Assembly: GCA_963745235.1 (NCBI GenBank)
Contig: CAVUXE010000044.1
Span: 1 to 64,000, forward strand
Source of the DNA: an uncultured Spirochaetota bacterium
GTDB lineage: Bacteria; Spirochaetota; Spirochaetia; SZUA-6; Fen-1364
DNA: 64,000 nucleotides
Direction: 5' to 3'
Shown here: in pieces, positions 40,091-49,930 of the stretch
Layout: each line of letters begins with the position of its first letter
Numbering within the stretch: the stretch's first letter is position 1
Made by a program: the position numbers and the translations under genes
The notes under the pieces: generated by a model
Told to the model about the DNA's origin: nothing
The model's database searches: none
What the model saw: only the letters and a program-made list of their open reading frames with translations

Positions 40091-40807
40091 ATGAAGGTGC
40101 TCAGAAATCTTGCCATGCTGGGGGCTTTGGCCGCGCTGGCGGCTGGCCCTCTTCACGCTCTTCCCGTTCTCAAAGGCAATGTCTTTGCCCAGCCATGGGC
40201 AGCATCCGACTTCACGCTCATAGACCAGAATGGTGTTCCGTTTCACATGGCTGACACGAAGGGCAAAGTGGTCGTCATGACGTATATCTACACGCATTGC
40301 ACCGACTTCTGCCCGTTTGTGGCGCTGAAGATGAACGCTGCGGGAAAGCTCCTGGGAGCCGACACCGGCAAGTTCGTCATGGTTGCCGTGACCACGGACC
40401 CGGAGAGGGACACCCCCCAGGTCTGCGCGTCATACAGCAAGGCGATCGGGATGGCTGATTCCTGGCGCTTCGTGACTGGACCTCTCGCGAAAGTTCAAGC
40501 GGTCTGGAAGAACTACTACATCGGCGTCGAGAAGGAAGAAGAACAGCCTGCCGCCTCCGCCAAACCGCCCAGCCCTCAGGAAGAGAAGGCCGCGCAGGAA
40601 GAGGCCGCCAGAGTGGCACGGGGCCTCGGCGCTGACGACAAGGCCCTCGTGGGAAAGATCATCGACGCCTTCGGCGGCGGCTATGACGTCTCCCACGACA
40701 TCCCCTTCTGGATCGTGGACAAAGAAGGGATGATGCGCGTCGACCTTGAAGCGGATGCGACTCCCGCAGACATCGCTTCCGACGTGAAGGCTCTCATCGC
40801 GGAGTGA
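40091..40807 (+). CDS. SCO family copper chaperone
   Basis: YTHCTDFCP, TDPERDT, YDVSH; AAGGAGG RBS. Confidence 0.9.
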   Translation: MKVLRNLAMLGALAALAAGPLHALPVLKGNVFAQPWAASDFTLIDQNGVPFHMADTKGKVVVMTYIYTHCTDFCPFVALKMNAAGKLLGADTGKFVMVAVTTDPERDTPQVCASYSKAIGMADSWRFVTGPLAKVQAVWKNYYIGVEKEEEQPAASAKPPSPQEEKAAQEEAARVARGLGADDKALVGKIIDAFGGGYDVSHDIPFWIVDKEGMMRVDLEADATPADIASDVKALIAE

Positions 40808-40891
40808 CTTTCAGCGCTCCAAGCGCTTCCCTTTCATTTCCTGTCGTTCTTCTCACCGAGTCCCCGATGACGGCTGAGATGCTGACGTGAC

Positions 40892-40935
40892 TTGACGATG
40901 CCGGTTCGAATTGCTAAGTTAGACACGTCAAATTT
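40892..40935 (+). promoter_or_regulatory. Promoter with a DtxR/MntR-type operator
   Basis: TTGACG-N17-TAAGTT overlapped by the imperfect palindrome AAGTTAGACACGTCAAATTT. Confidence 0.65.
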
Positions 40936-40953
40936 ACGGTTTTGGAGGCGTTC

Positions 40954-41638
40954 ATGTCGGAGATCGCGCTTTCGGGAGCTCTCCAGGACTACCTTCGGGC
41001 CATCTACTGTCTGGAAAGGGAGGCCGGAGGGGCCTCAACCTCGCTTCTGGCCGAGAGACTCGGCGTGTCCCAGCCTTCGGTGACGAGCATGATGAAGAAA
41101 CTGGCCTCCCGGAAGCTCATCTCGTATGCCCCGTACCTTTCCATTTCTCTTACGAAAGCGGGGGAACGACGAGCTCTTGAAATGGTCCGCCATCACCGCT
41201 TGATCGAGACGTACCTCCAGCGTGCTCTGGGGTTCGGTCTGGAAGAGCTCCACGATGAAGCTGAGATACTCGAGCACGCCTTGTCGGAAAAGCTGGAGGA
41301 AAGGATCGACGCCATGCTCGGATATCCCGCGTTCGACCCGCACGGGTCCCCCATCCCTGATCGCGAAGGACACGTGAGTGCAAGGAGCCTCGTTCCGCTT
41401 GCCTCGCTGGGCCGGGGAGAGAGCGACGGTGGGCCAGATCGTGTGCAGGGCCCCGAAGCAACTGCGACACCTGCAGGAGATCGGGCTCGTCCCGGGAGCC
41501 GTTGTTCGCGTGAAGGGCAGCGACGCCGGGAGCGGGATCATGCGGATCGAGTTGGCGTCCCGTCCGGATGAGCCCATCGGAGAAGGCATTGCCCGCTGCG
41601 TCCTCGTGTCGAAAGGAAAGAAGGAAAGGAATGGCTGA
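40954..41638 (+). CDS. DtxR/MntR family metal-dependent repressor with FeoA domain (frameshift ~41425)
   Basis: QDYLRAIY, VSQPSVTSM, RHHRLIE, AEILEH, DPHGSPIP; FeoA-like LQEIGLVPGAVV. Confidence 0.92.
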
Positions 41639-43003
41639 AACGACTCATGTACAGTCGTCCCCGGTCATCACCCATGAGGACGTAGATCGCGCTCGTGACC
41701 GATTGGCCCTGGCGAAAGCCCGGGCCCCTGGCGCACGGCTGGGGTGGCTTCGTTTGTTCTGGCTCCTGATCGGGCCGGGAATCCTGGTCTTCCTGGGAGA
41801 GAACGACGCGCCGAGCATGCTGTCCTATGCGGCAACGGGATCGAAGTTCGGGATCGGGTTCTTCATCCCCTTTGTATTGGTCACGTTTCTCATGGGGTAC
41901 GTGGTCCAGGAGATGACGGTGCGCCTCGGCGCGGTCACGCACCGCGGTCACGCGGAGCTGATCTTCGACAGGTTCGGGAAATTCTGGGGCTGGTTTGCCA
42001 TGACCGATCTGGCCATCGGCAACTTCCTGACCCTGGTCACCGAGTTCATCGGCGTCCGCGCGGGCCTGAGCTTCTTCGGCATTCCACCTGTTGTTGCCGT
42101 GGGCGGCTCCCTGGTGATCGTGCTCGGCGCGGTCCTCAGCCACCGCTACTGGACGTGGGAGCGCATCGTGCTGGGTCTCGCCATCTTCAACGCGCTCTTT
42201 ATTCCGGCAGCCCTGTTCGCGCATCCCGGGTGGGGAGCCATCGGGCGTGCGTTCCTGACATGGTCACCCATGCCCGCCGGCGGACTGCTCAAGCCCGACA
42301 CCCTTCTCATCATCGTGGCCGATATCGGTGCAACGGTGACGCCCTGGATGCTCTTCTTCCAGCAGAGCGCCGTTGCGGACAAGGGTTTGCAACCACGAGA
42401 CATCCGCGGGGGCCGAATGGATACGCTGCTGGGGACTCTGTTGGCGGCGGTCTTTGGCATCGCGGCAATCGTGGCCACGGCCCCGCTTTTCGCAAAGGGC
42501 ATCGACGCGAGCGACTATCAGGCAGCCCAGTTCGCCCAGGCGCTCCAGCCGCTCATCGGTCGCGCCGGGGCCGCGCTGTTTGCGCTGGGGATCTTCGAGG
42601 CAGGGCTCGTGGCAGCCATCACCATCTCGACATCTTCCGCGTATGCGTTCGGCGAGGTGGCAAGAAAGCCTCACAGCCTCAACCGCTCTTTTCGAGAGGG
42701 ACGGGGCTTTTACGGTATCCTTATCAGCTCGGTCGTAGTAGCAGGGGCCCTGGTCCTGATCCCCGGCGCCCCTCTGGAGTACATCATACTCATCGTCAAC
42801 GTCATTGCCGTCCTTGCCATGCCGCCTGCCCTGCTTTTCCTGGTCCTTCTGTCGAATGACCCGAAAGTGGTGGCCGAGCACACGAGCTCCCCTCTGGCGA
42901 ACGTGGCCATCATCGCTGTGACGGTCGTTCTCGTCCTCGCTGGGCTGGCTTTCGGGGTGACCACATTGTTCCCCAACCTGCTCGGCGGTGGGGGGGAGGA
43001 TAA
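41631..43003 (+). CDS. NRAMP-related divalent metal transporter
   Basis: GPGILVFLGENDAPS, QEMTVRLGAVT, GATVTPWMLFFQQS. A probable native stop TAA at 43001 is out of frame after a G-run. Confidence 0.88.
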
Positions 43004-43007
43004 GGAA

Positions 43008-43244
43008 ATGAAAGACACGGAAACCAGGGCTCCGGACCTCGAGCACAAGCCGGAAGCGGTCCTCTCCCTGCTGGAGGAAGATCAGCTTTTCGTGGCGAAG
43101 CAGAAGGCGCACCTGGGCCGGGCAACGCTTTCACGAGGCACCCGCATCCTCATGTGGTGCCTCCGCGGCTACGTCATCCTCATGCTGGTGGTCATCGTGG
43201 TGGAGGTAGTGCGTTCGCTGCACGGGGGAGGCGCAGGTCAGTAG
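43008..43244 (+). CDS. Small single-TM protein downstream of (or fused to) the NRAMP
   Basis: AGGA RBS plus ATG; LEEDQL...LMWCLRGYVILMLVVIVV. Confidence 0.6.
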   Translation: MKDTETRAPDLEHKPEAVLSLLEEDQLFVAKQKAHLGRATLSRGTRILMWCLRGYVILMLVVIVVEVVRSLHGGGAGQ

Positions 43245-43248
43245 TTTT

Positions 43249-44133
43249 ATGAAGCGAATCCCTTCTCTCCTGGCGCTCGCTGTCCTGGCAGTTTCCGTCC
43301 TCTCGTGCTCTGACAGGGTCCGGGCCAGATTGCCGGTGATTGCCGCGGCCGCAGGGCCGCTGGAACGCTCCGATCCGGGCCCCCTGATACTCTCGTTCGG
43401 CACGTCGGACCCATCTCTTGTGCCGGACGATTACAGCGTTGCGGCGGCAACCGTGATATCGCCTCTGGTTACCGGATGGTCCGCCAGGGAACAGCTCGTG
43501 GGAGATGGCGAGCTTCTTTCCTACGTCCACCCTTTGCTTGGCGCTATCATGGTTGCCGTTCACATAGGTCCGCCTGGTACGGTCACTTTCAACGGCGTAC
43601 TGCGAGACAACGAGAGCCGTTTCACGGCGGTCGTGCACAGGGACGGCACTTTCCAGTTCGACCAGGTCATTGCCGCGACCGTGATCGAAACTGCCAAGCC
43701 GCCTGTTCGGTCGTATCAGGCGTACGCCCATTCGCGTTTCACGGGCGCAATTGCTCCGGACGGCGGGTATGGCGGCCACGGAACGGCCATCAGTCTTGCC
43801 TCTACTGTGGCCTACCCCCATCCTCCCAACCCCGCAATCATCGCGCCGACAGGGACGGAAGGCTACTGCATGACGTATGCCGTGAAATCCGTTCCCTCGA
43901 AATCCTTCTTCGGGATCGAGTTCTACCCCTGGGAAGACGGATATTCGGATTCCGCCCCTGCCACGATTTCTGCTCCCGCCTCCTCCGTCTATGATCGCCA
44001 GGTCACGGCAAAAAGTCGTGATCCGCACTCGGCGTACAGTTACATGTTCTACTGGCGCTCCGGATTTTTCTACCAGATTCCGTGGGGCGCCATCACAAGC
44101 TACGACGTACCAGAAACCTGGGACAGATTCTGA
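43249..44133 (+). CDS. Hypothetical lipoprotein
   Basis: Lipobox VLSC; beta-rich and Tyr-rich; no family recognised. Confidence 0.65.
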   Translation: MKRIPSLLALAVLAVSVLSCSDRVRARLPVIAAAAGPLERSDPGPLILSFGTSDPSLVPDDYSVAAATVISPLVTGWSAREQLVGDGELLSYVHPLLGAIMVAVHIGPPGTVTFNGVLRDNESRFTAVVHRDGTFQFDQVIAATVIETAKPPVRSYQAYAHSRFTGAIAPDGGYGGHGTAISLASTVAYPHPPNPAIIAPTGTEGYCMTYAVKSVPSKSFFGIEFYPWEDGYSDSAPATISAPASSVYDRQVTAKSRDPHSAYSYMFYWRSGFFYQIPWGAITSYDVPETWDRF

Positions 44134-44140
44134 CCCTCCG

Positions 44141-45151
44141 TCAGTTCCGGACCGCTCTCAACTCTTCCAGCTGAGGGGTTCCCAGCAACTTCGCGTTCGC
44201 CGCGGCGTAGTCGAAAGCCGTCTTCCCAAACCTGTCCTTCATTGTCGAGTCCGCCCCAGCGGCAAGCAGAATGGAGACAATTTCGGGATTGTCGTTGAAG
44301 CGAGCGGCAAGCATCAGGGGGGTCGAACCGGAAGTGCTTCTTTCGTCAACGACCGCTCCTGCTTTCAGGAGAATGGAGACAATCTCGGGGTCGCGGGCGT
44401 TCATCGCGGCGAACATGAGCGGCGTCCAGCCCTCCGGCGTCCGGTCTTCAGCCCGGGCCCCTTCCCGCAGCAGCGTCGAGACGACCTCGGGATTCCTTGT
44501 GTTCACGATCGCGAACGTCAAAGCCGTCCAGCCGTCAGGGGTCGTGTCAGCCGTCCTGGCCCCTCCCGCCAGGAGGGCTGAGACGATTGCCGGTTCCGGG
44601 TTGTTTTCCGCCGCCCACATCAGCGGCGTGTACCCATCGGCGTCCCTGTCTTCGATTTTCGCACCCGAGCGCAGAAGGACGGAGATGACCAGCGGATTCG
44701 CGTTGCTCCTGGCCGAAAGCATCAGAGCAGTCACGCCAACGGCCGTCCTGTCATCAACGTGAGCCCCGGCGGCAAGCAGGACGGAGATGACGGCGGGGTT
44801 GGAATTGTACTCCGCCGCCCACATCAAGGGCGTTCCGCCTTTGTAGTCCTTGTCGTCGATCCTCGCGCCCGCCTTCAAGAGAACGGAGATGACCCGCGCG
44901 TCGTGGTTGAAGGCGGCGGCAAGCATCAACGGCGTCAAACCTTCAGTATCGATCTGGTATTGGCGGGCGGCCTCGGCCCGAAACGGCGTGACCTTCCAGA
45001 AGGGAAAGTCGGTTACTTCGACGTCGGCGCCTCGGGCGAGCGCTTCCTGGATTTCCTCGACGGTTGCGGTTCTCACGAGCTCGGAAAAATCCTGAGCGAG
45101 AACAGCACAGGTCGGGGAAAGGAATGCCGCGAGAAGAACGAGCTGTTTCAT
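44141..45151 (-). CDS. Secreted ankyrin repeat protein
   Basis: Signal peptide; seven full 34-aa TPLMxAA...LLxAGA repeats plus a partial one. Confidence 0.93.
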   Translation of the reverse strand: MKQLVLLAAFLSPTCAVLAQDFSELVRTATVEEIQEALARGADVEVTDFPFWKVTPFRAEAARQYQIDTEGLTPLMLAAAFNHDARVISVLLKAGARIDDKDYKGGTPLMWAAEYNSNPAVISVLLAAGAHVDDRTAVGVTALMLSARSNANPLVISVLLRSGAKIEDRDADGYTPLMWAAENNPEPAIVSALLAGGARTADTTPDGWTALTFAIVNTRNPEVVSTLLREGARAEDRTPEGWTPLMFAAMNARDPEIVSILLKAGAVVDERSTSGSTPLMLAARFNDNPEIVSILLAAGADSTMKDRFGKTAFDYAAANAKLLGTPQLEELRAVRN

Positions 45152-45197
45152 GGCAAACGCCGTGGTGTCCTCTTCTTTGAGTATAGCGCAGATCAGA

Positions 45198-45265
45198 AAT
45201 GAGACAAAGTCTCATTGACTCCGCCCTGACTTCTCGCTATATTCGAAGATGATACGTCGTATCAT
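45198..45265 (+). promoter_or_regulatory. znuA promoter flanked by two Fur/Zur-type boxes
   Basis: AATGAGAC-AAA-GTCTCATT (45198-45216), TTGACT-N17-TATATT, ATGATAC-GTC-GTATCAT (45249-45265). Confidence 0.8.
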
Positions 45266-45293
45266 TAGCAGACTTCTTCCGGGAGGTGTACCC

Positions 45294-46178
45294 GTGCGCA
45301 AACCGGTTGTTCTCATATCCGTCTTTCTCCTTTTCATGGGCGCGGCGGCGCTGGAGGCGCAGCAGTCGCGCGTGGTCAACGTCGTTGCGGCGGAAAACTT
45401 CTACGGCAACATCGTCAGCCAGATCGGGGGTGACGCGGTCAACGTAACCAGCGTCATGTCCGACCCGAACGTGGATCCGCATGAATACGAATCCAACGTG
45501 GAAGACGCGAAGGCGATAGCCGATGCGGAGCTCGTGGTCGAAAACGGCGCCGGCTACGACGACTGGATGGACAAGCTTCTCTCCGCGTCTCCCGACGCTT
45601 CCCGCGTCGTGCTGAAGGGCTTCGATCTGGCCGTGAAGAAGCTCCCGGACAACGAGCACGTGTGGTACAACGTCGACAATGTGCAGGCAATGGCATCCGC
45701 CATCTCCCGAAGCCTCCAGAAGCTTGTTCCTCAGAGCGCCGCCCTGTTTGCCAGGAACGACCGGGCTTTCCAGGAATCCCTCGCACCCATCCGGCAGAAA
45801 ATGGCGCAGATAGCGGGCAAATATTCAGGCACTCCGATCGGCCTCACGGAGACCATCTTTCTCTATCAGGCGGTCCCGCTCGGGCTGAAGGTCCTCACCC
45901 CTTTCGAGTTCCAGAAGGCCATAGCGGAAGGGAATGATCCGCCCGCCGATACTGTCGTGGAGACCGAGAATCAGATCAAACAAAGGCTGGTCAAGATCCT
46001 CGTTTACAACGAACAGACCATCTCCCCCATCACCACCAAGGCGCAGGCGGACGCCAAAGCGGCCAACGTTCCCATCGTTGGCGTCACGGAGACCATGCCA
46101 CCCGGGGAGACATATCAGACGTGGATGCTTCGCCAGCTGGATGAGCTTCGCAGCGCGCTCATCAGCGCCACCTCATGA
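45294..46178 (+). CDS. znuA: Zn/Mn ABC transporter substrate-binding protein
   Basis: VVAAENFYG, DPHEYE, NGAGYD, NEHVWY; GGAGG RBS. Confidence 0.88.
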   Translation: MRKPVVLISVFLLFMGAAALEAQQSRVVNVVAAENFYGNIVSQIGGDAVNVTSVMSDPNVDPHEYESNVEDAKAIADAELVVENGAGYDDWMDKLLSASPDASRVVLKGFDLAVKKLPDNEHVWYNVDNVQAMASAISRSLQKLVPQSAALFARNDRAFQESLAPIRQKMAQIAGKYSGTPIGLTETIFLYQAVPLGLKVLTPFEFQKAIAEGNDPPADTVVETENQIKQRLVKILVYNEQTISPITTKAQADAKAANVPIVGVTETMPPGETYQTWMLRQLDELRSALISATS

Positions 46179-46972
46179 GCAGTCCCGCGCTGATGCCGGG
46201 GCCCTCGCCCCGGCCCGTCATTTCCGCGGAACGGATTCGCGTGGACCTCGGCGGACGGACAATCCTGACTGACGTCAGCTTCGCCATCGAGGACGGGGAG
46301 CTTGTCGCCATCCTGGGCCCGAACGGCGCGGGGAAGAGCACGCTGTTGAAAGTGGTCCTGGGGCTCATACGGCCCGTGACGGGCCGGGTTTCCGTGCTCG
46401 GCACGCCGGCCGGAAGAGCGAACGCCCGCATTGGCTACGTGCCTCAGTTCCGGGCCATCGAGGCGGAAACGACGCTTCGCGCGCGGGACGTGGTGCGCTT
46501 CGGCCTGGACGGGAACCGCTGGGGACCGGGCTGGCCGAGCCGCGCCCGGGAAAGGCGCATAGACGCGGTCCTGGAGGAAGTGGACGGGCGTGAGCTTGCA
46601 AAGGCCGCAATGGGTGAGCTTTCCGGCGGCGAGCGCCAGCGGCTCCTCATCGCCCAGGCTCTCTTGAGCGATCCCCGGCTCCTGCTCCTCGACGAGCCGC
46701 TTGCAAGCCTCGACCTGGGCAGGGAGCAGGAGATCATCACCCTGATCAGGCGTGTCTGCCGCTCGCGGGGCGTCGCCGTGCTGTTCGTGACGCATGACAT
46801 CAACCCGCTGCTGCCAGACATCGACAGGGTGTTGTACCTTGCCAACGCCAGGGGCGCCATCGGCCGGCCCGACCAGGTGATCACCCGGGAAACGCTGAGC
46901 GACCTTTACGGCGCACCCGTGGAAGTCGTAAAGACGGGAGGAAGAGTGTTCGTGGTGGGGGCGCGGACATGA
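46175..46972 (+). CDS. znuC: Metal ABC transporter ATP-binding protein
   Basis: GPNGAGKSTL, IGYVPQ, LSGGERQR, LLDEP, VTHD. Confidence 0.88.
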   Translation: MSSPALMPGPSPRPVISAERIRVDLGGRTILTDVSFAIEDGELVAILGPNGAGKSTLLKVVLGLIRPVTGRVSVLGTPAGRANARIGYVPQFRAIEAETTLRARDVVRFGLDGNRWGPGWPSRARERRIDAVLEEVDGRELAKAAMGELSGGERQRLLIAQALLSDPRLLLLDEPLASLDLGREQEIITLIRRVCRSRGVAVLFVTHDINPLLPDIDRVLYLANARGAIGRPDQVITRETLSDLYGAPVEVVKTGGRVFVVGART

Positions 46973-47820
46973 CGGACGTGATAGCGCTCCTGCGCTACCC
47001 GTTCATCGTGAACGCCCTCGTAACGGGCTCCGCGGTGGCAGTGGCCGCCGCGGCAAGCGGGTACTTCATGGTCTGCCGCAGGGCCACGTTCGCGGGGCAC
47101 GCGCTGCCGAACATCGGTTTCGCCGGGGCGGCCGGGGCGGTGCTCATGGGAATCGAGCCGGTGCTCGGACTTTTCGCCATCACCATTCTTGCGGCCATTG
47201 CCATGGGCGTGCTCGCGCGGGACCTGCGGGACAGGGATGTCACGGTCGGCGTGATCATGACTTTCGCGCTGGGGCTGGGGTTCCTTTTCCTGGCCTTGTA
47301 TTCGGGCTACGCGCAGAGAGTCTACGGCATTCTATTCGGGAGCATCCTCGGGATCAGCGTGCAGGCTTCCCGCTTGACCGTGGCGGCCGCGGCCGCGTCG
47401 CTCGCGGGCCTTGCGCTTCTTTACCGGCCCCTCCTGTTCAGCACTTTCGATCCCGAGCTCGCGGTGGCGCGCGGGGTTCCGGTGTCCCTTCTTTCCGTCC
47501 TGTTCCTGGTCATCCTTGCGGTCATCGCTTCTCTGGCCGTGCAGGTCATGGGCGCGCTTCTGCTGTTCACCCTGCTGGTCGGTCCCGCGGCCACGGCAAC
47601 GAGGATCGTGAAGAGCCCACCCGCGGCAATAGCGCTGGCAACGGGTCTCGGACTGCTCTACGTCTGGTTGGGAACCATGGCCGCCGCTGCAAACGGAACG
47701 ATTCCGGTGAGCTTCTGCATCGCTTCGATCTCCTTCCTCGTCTATCTGCCGGTACGACTTTTTGTTCGTCCGGCCTCGAGACACCGGGAGGCGCCTCGTC
47801 ACCAGAGGCGGACCGCATGA
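46969..47820 (+). CDS. znuB: Metal ABC transporter permease 1
   Basis: FAGHALPNIGFAG, LFGSILG, FDPELAVARGVPV. Confidence 0.85.
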   Translation: MTDVIALLRYPFIVNALVTGSAVAVAAAASGYFMVCRRATFAGHALPNIGFAGAAGAVLMGIEPVLGLFAITILAAIAMGVLARDLRDRDVTVGVIMTFALGLGFLFLALYSGYAQRVYGILFGSILGISVQASRLTVAAAAASLAGLALLYRPLLFSTFDPELAVARGVPVSLLSVLFLVILAVIASLAVQVMGALLLFTLLVGPAATATRIVKSPPAAIALATGLGLLYVWLGTMAAAANGTIPVSFCIASISFLVYLPVRLFVRPASRHREAPRHQRRTA

Positions 47821-48776
47821 CAATCCAGCTGCTTGCCTCGGACATTTTTCGCAATGCGATGATTGCCGGCACCATTGCTGCCGCCGTTGCCTCTCTCGTG
47901 GGGTATTTTGTAGTCCTTCGTGCCCAGGCTTTCGCGGCGGAGTCGCTTCTGGACGTGTCCTTTGCCGGAGCCACGGGCGCCGCGCTTTTCGGCGTCGCTC
48001 CCGTCCTGGGGGCAGCCATCCTGGGGCTCGGCGCCGCATTTGGCATTGGCGCAATGGGAGAGAGAGCACGGGAACGAGACGTCGAGATCGGGATGGTCGT
48101 CTCCTTTGCCCTCGGCCTCGGGATCTTCTTTCTGAGCCTCTATGCGCGCGGCAGCGCATCGCATGCAACGGCCGGAATGTCCATCCTTTTCGGATCCCTC
48201 CTCAGCGTCCAGCCCCAGGACATCCTGCGCCTCAGCCTCCTCTCTGCCGTCGTGCTCGCGGGGCTTGCCGGAGTTTTTCGTCCGCTTCTCTTTTCGACAA
48301 TAGACCCTGAGGCGGCCCGGGCCCGCGGCGTGCCGGTACGCCTCCTTTCCACCCTTTTCCTTCTCATTCTGGCGCTGGCTGCCGCGGCCGGCGCGCTTGC
48401 CGTGGGGATCCTTCTGGCGGCGGCCCTTCTGATAGCGCCCGCTGCGACGGCCGTGCGCCTGACGCGACGCCCGTCGGCGACGCTTGTGCTCTCCCTGTGC
48501 CTCGGCGTGGGCATCATCTGGGGAGGCATCCTCATTTCATTCCTGTGGCCCGGGCGGCATCCCCCCGTGGGCTTTTCCGTCTCCACGCTGGCGGCAGCCG
48601 TCTACTTCATTGGCGTCGCCGCAAGCCGCAGAGCCTATGCACGCCGGGAGAAAACGATTATCATCGGAGACAGCGCGGAAACAGCCCAATGGACATCGAG
48701 AAAAGAATCAACGAAGCGTTTGCGGAGCTCGGTGAAAGAAAAACCGGGCCCCGGCGTGCCATCGCACAGAACCTGA
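47817..48776 (+). CDS. znuB: Metal ABC transporter permease 2
   Basis: Paralog of permease 1 (LFGSLL, IDPEAARARGVPV). The 3' end overlaps the Fur gene. Confidence 0.82.
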   Translation: MTIQLLASDIFRNAMIAGTIAAAVASLVGYFVVLRAQAFAAESLLDVSFAGATGAALFGVAPVLGAAILGLGAAFGIGAMGERARERDVEIGMVVSFALGLGIFFLSLYARGSASHATAGMSILFGSLLSVQPQDILRLSLLSAVVLAGLAGVFRPLLFSTIDPEAARARGVPVRLLSTLFLLILALAAAAGALAVGILLAAALLIAPAATAVRLTRRPSATLVLSLCLGVGIIWGGILISFLWPGRHPPVGFSVSTLAAAVYFIGVAASRRAYARREKTIIIGDSAETAQWTSRKESTKRLRSSVKEKPGPGVPSHRT

Positions 48777-49123
48777 TTCGCCTGGGACACTCCGGCTCGG
48801 CGTTTTCAGCGGATGAGCTGCTCCAGAAGCTGCGCCGCACCAACCCGCGCATCGGGAGAGCCACCGTCTACCGATCCATCGACAAGCTGGTGCGGATGAA
48901 GGTGCTGGATCGGATCGAGTTCGCGGACGGAACGCATTCCTTCCGGCTCTGCGAAAGCGACCATCACCACCATCACCTGGCGTGCACGAGATGCCACCGC
49001 GTGGTCGAGCTGGACTTCTGCCTGGAGTCGGACATGATCGCGGCCATCGGGAAGCGGGAGAGCTTCGAGATCGACGACCATTCGATCACCCTCTTCGGTC
49101 TTTGCCGGGAGTGCCGAGACTAG
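48689..49123 (+). CDS. zur: Fur family regulator, likely Zur
   Basis: IGRATVYR, HHHHHLACTRC, GLCREC; ends the znu operon. Confidence 0.8.
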   Translation: MDIEKRINEAFAELGERKTGPRRAIAQNLIRLGHSGSAFSADELLQKLRRTNPRIGRATVYRSIDKLVRMKVLDRIEFADGTHSFRLCESDHHHHHLACTRCHRVVELDFCLESDMIAAIGKRESFEIDDHSITLFGLCRECRD

Positions 49124-49124
49124 A

Positions 49125-49922
49125 ATGATGCGCGCGTTTTCCGCCTTGTTCCTCTGCCTCCTCCTGCCCGTGGCAACCCTTCAGGCCGGCACAGGGTTCA
49201 CCCCCGAGTTCTCCCTCTCTGTGGACGACCTGAAGGGAATGACCGCCGACATGCCGCAGGCCGTCCGTGACGGCATCCTGTCCCGGCCGTCCGTGTTCCT
49301 GCAGCTCATGGCCCAGGTCCTGGATCAACCCGCGGACCTCCTTGTGCTCGTTGACAAGGAGCACGGCCTCCCCGCGGACTACGTCCCGAAGGACCTCGTC
49401 CCGCTGAAAGACTACGCCCTGCGGACCACGTGGCCCGACCTCATGCTGCGCAAGGCCATCATGCCCGCCGTGCTCCGGATGGTGCGCGCCGCGCGCGCTG
49501 ACGGGGTGACAGTCACCTTCTCCTCCACCTACCGGTCCTACGACTACCAGCGGGGTCTCTTTGCCCGCGAGGTGAAGATGTACGGGAGGGAGGCGGCGGA
49601 ACGGGAATCCGCGCACCCGGGCTTTTCCCAGCACCAGCTCGGGACGGCAATCGACTTCGGGACCATCAGCGACGGCTATGAGAAGACAAAGGAGGGCCGG
49701 TGGGTGTCCGCCCATGCCTGGGAGTATGGCTTCACCCTCTCCTACCCCGCGGAGTACGAGCGGGTCACCGGGTACCGCTACGAGAGCTGGCATTATCGCT
49801 ACATCACGCGGCCGGGGGCGCAGATGCAGCGGGAGTTCTTTGCCGACGTGCAGCAGTACTTCCTGCAGTTCCTCAACGACAACCGACCCGTGCTCGAGCA
49901 GATGCGGGTGAAGAGAGGCTGA
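49125..49922 (+). CDS. M15B (VanY-like) D,D-carboxypeptidase
   Basis: STYRSYDYQ, SQHQLGTAIDF, YESWHYRY. Confidence 0.9.
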   Translation: MMRAFSALFLCLLLPVATLQAGTGFTPEFSLSVDDLKGMTADMPQAVRDGILSRPSVFLQLMAQVLDQPADLLVLVDKEHGLPADYVPKDLVPLKDYALRTTWPDLMLRKAIMPAVLRMVRAARADGVTVTFSSTYRSYDYQRGLFAREVKMYGREAAERESAHPGFSQHQLGTAIDFGTISDGYEKTKEGRWVSAHAWEYGFTLSYPAEYERVTGYRYESWHYRYITRPGAQMQREFFADVQQYFLQFLNDNRPVLEQMRVKRG

Positions 49923-49930
49923 GGGCGCCC

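Noticed and set aside
44200-44945. 102-bp periodicity as a CRISPR or DNA tandem repeat
   Set aside because: Degenerate, in-frame ankyrin coding repeats.
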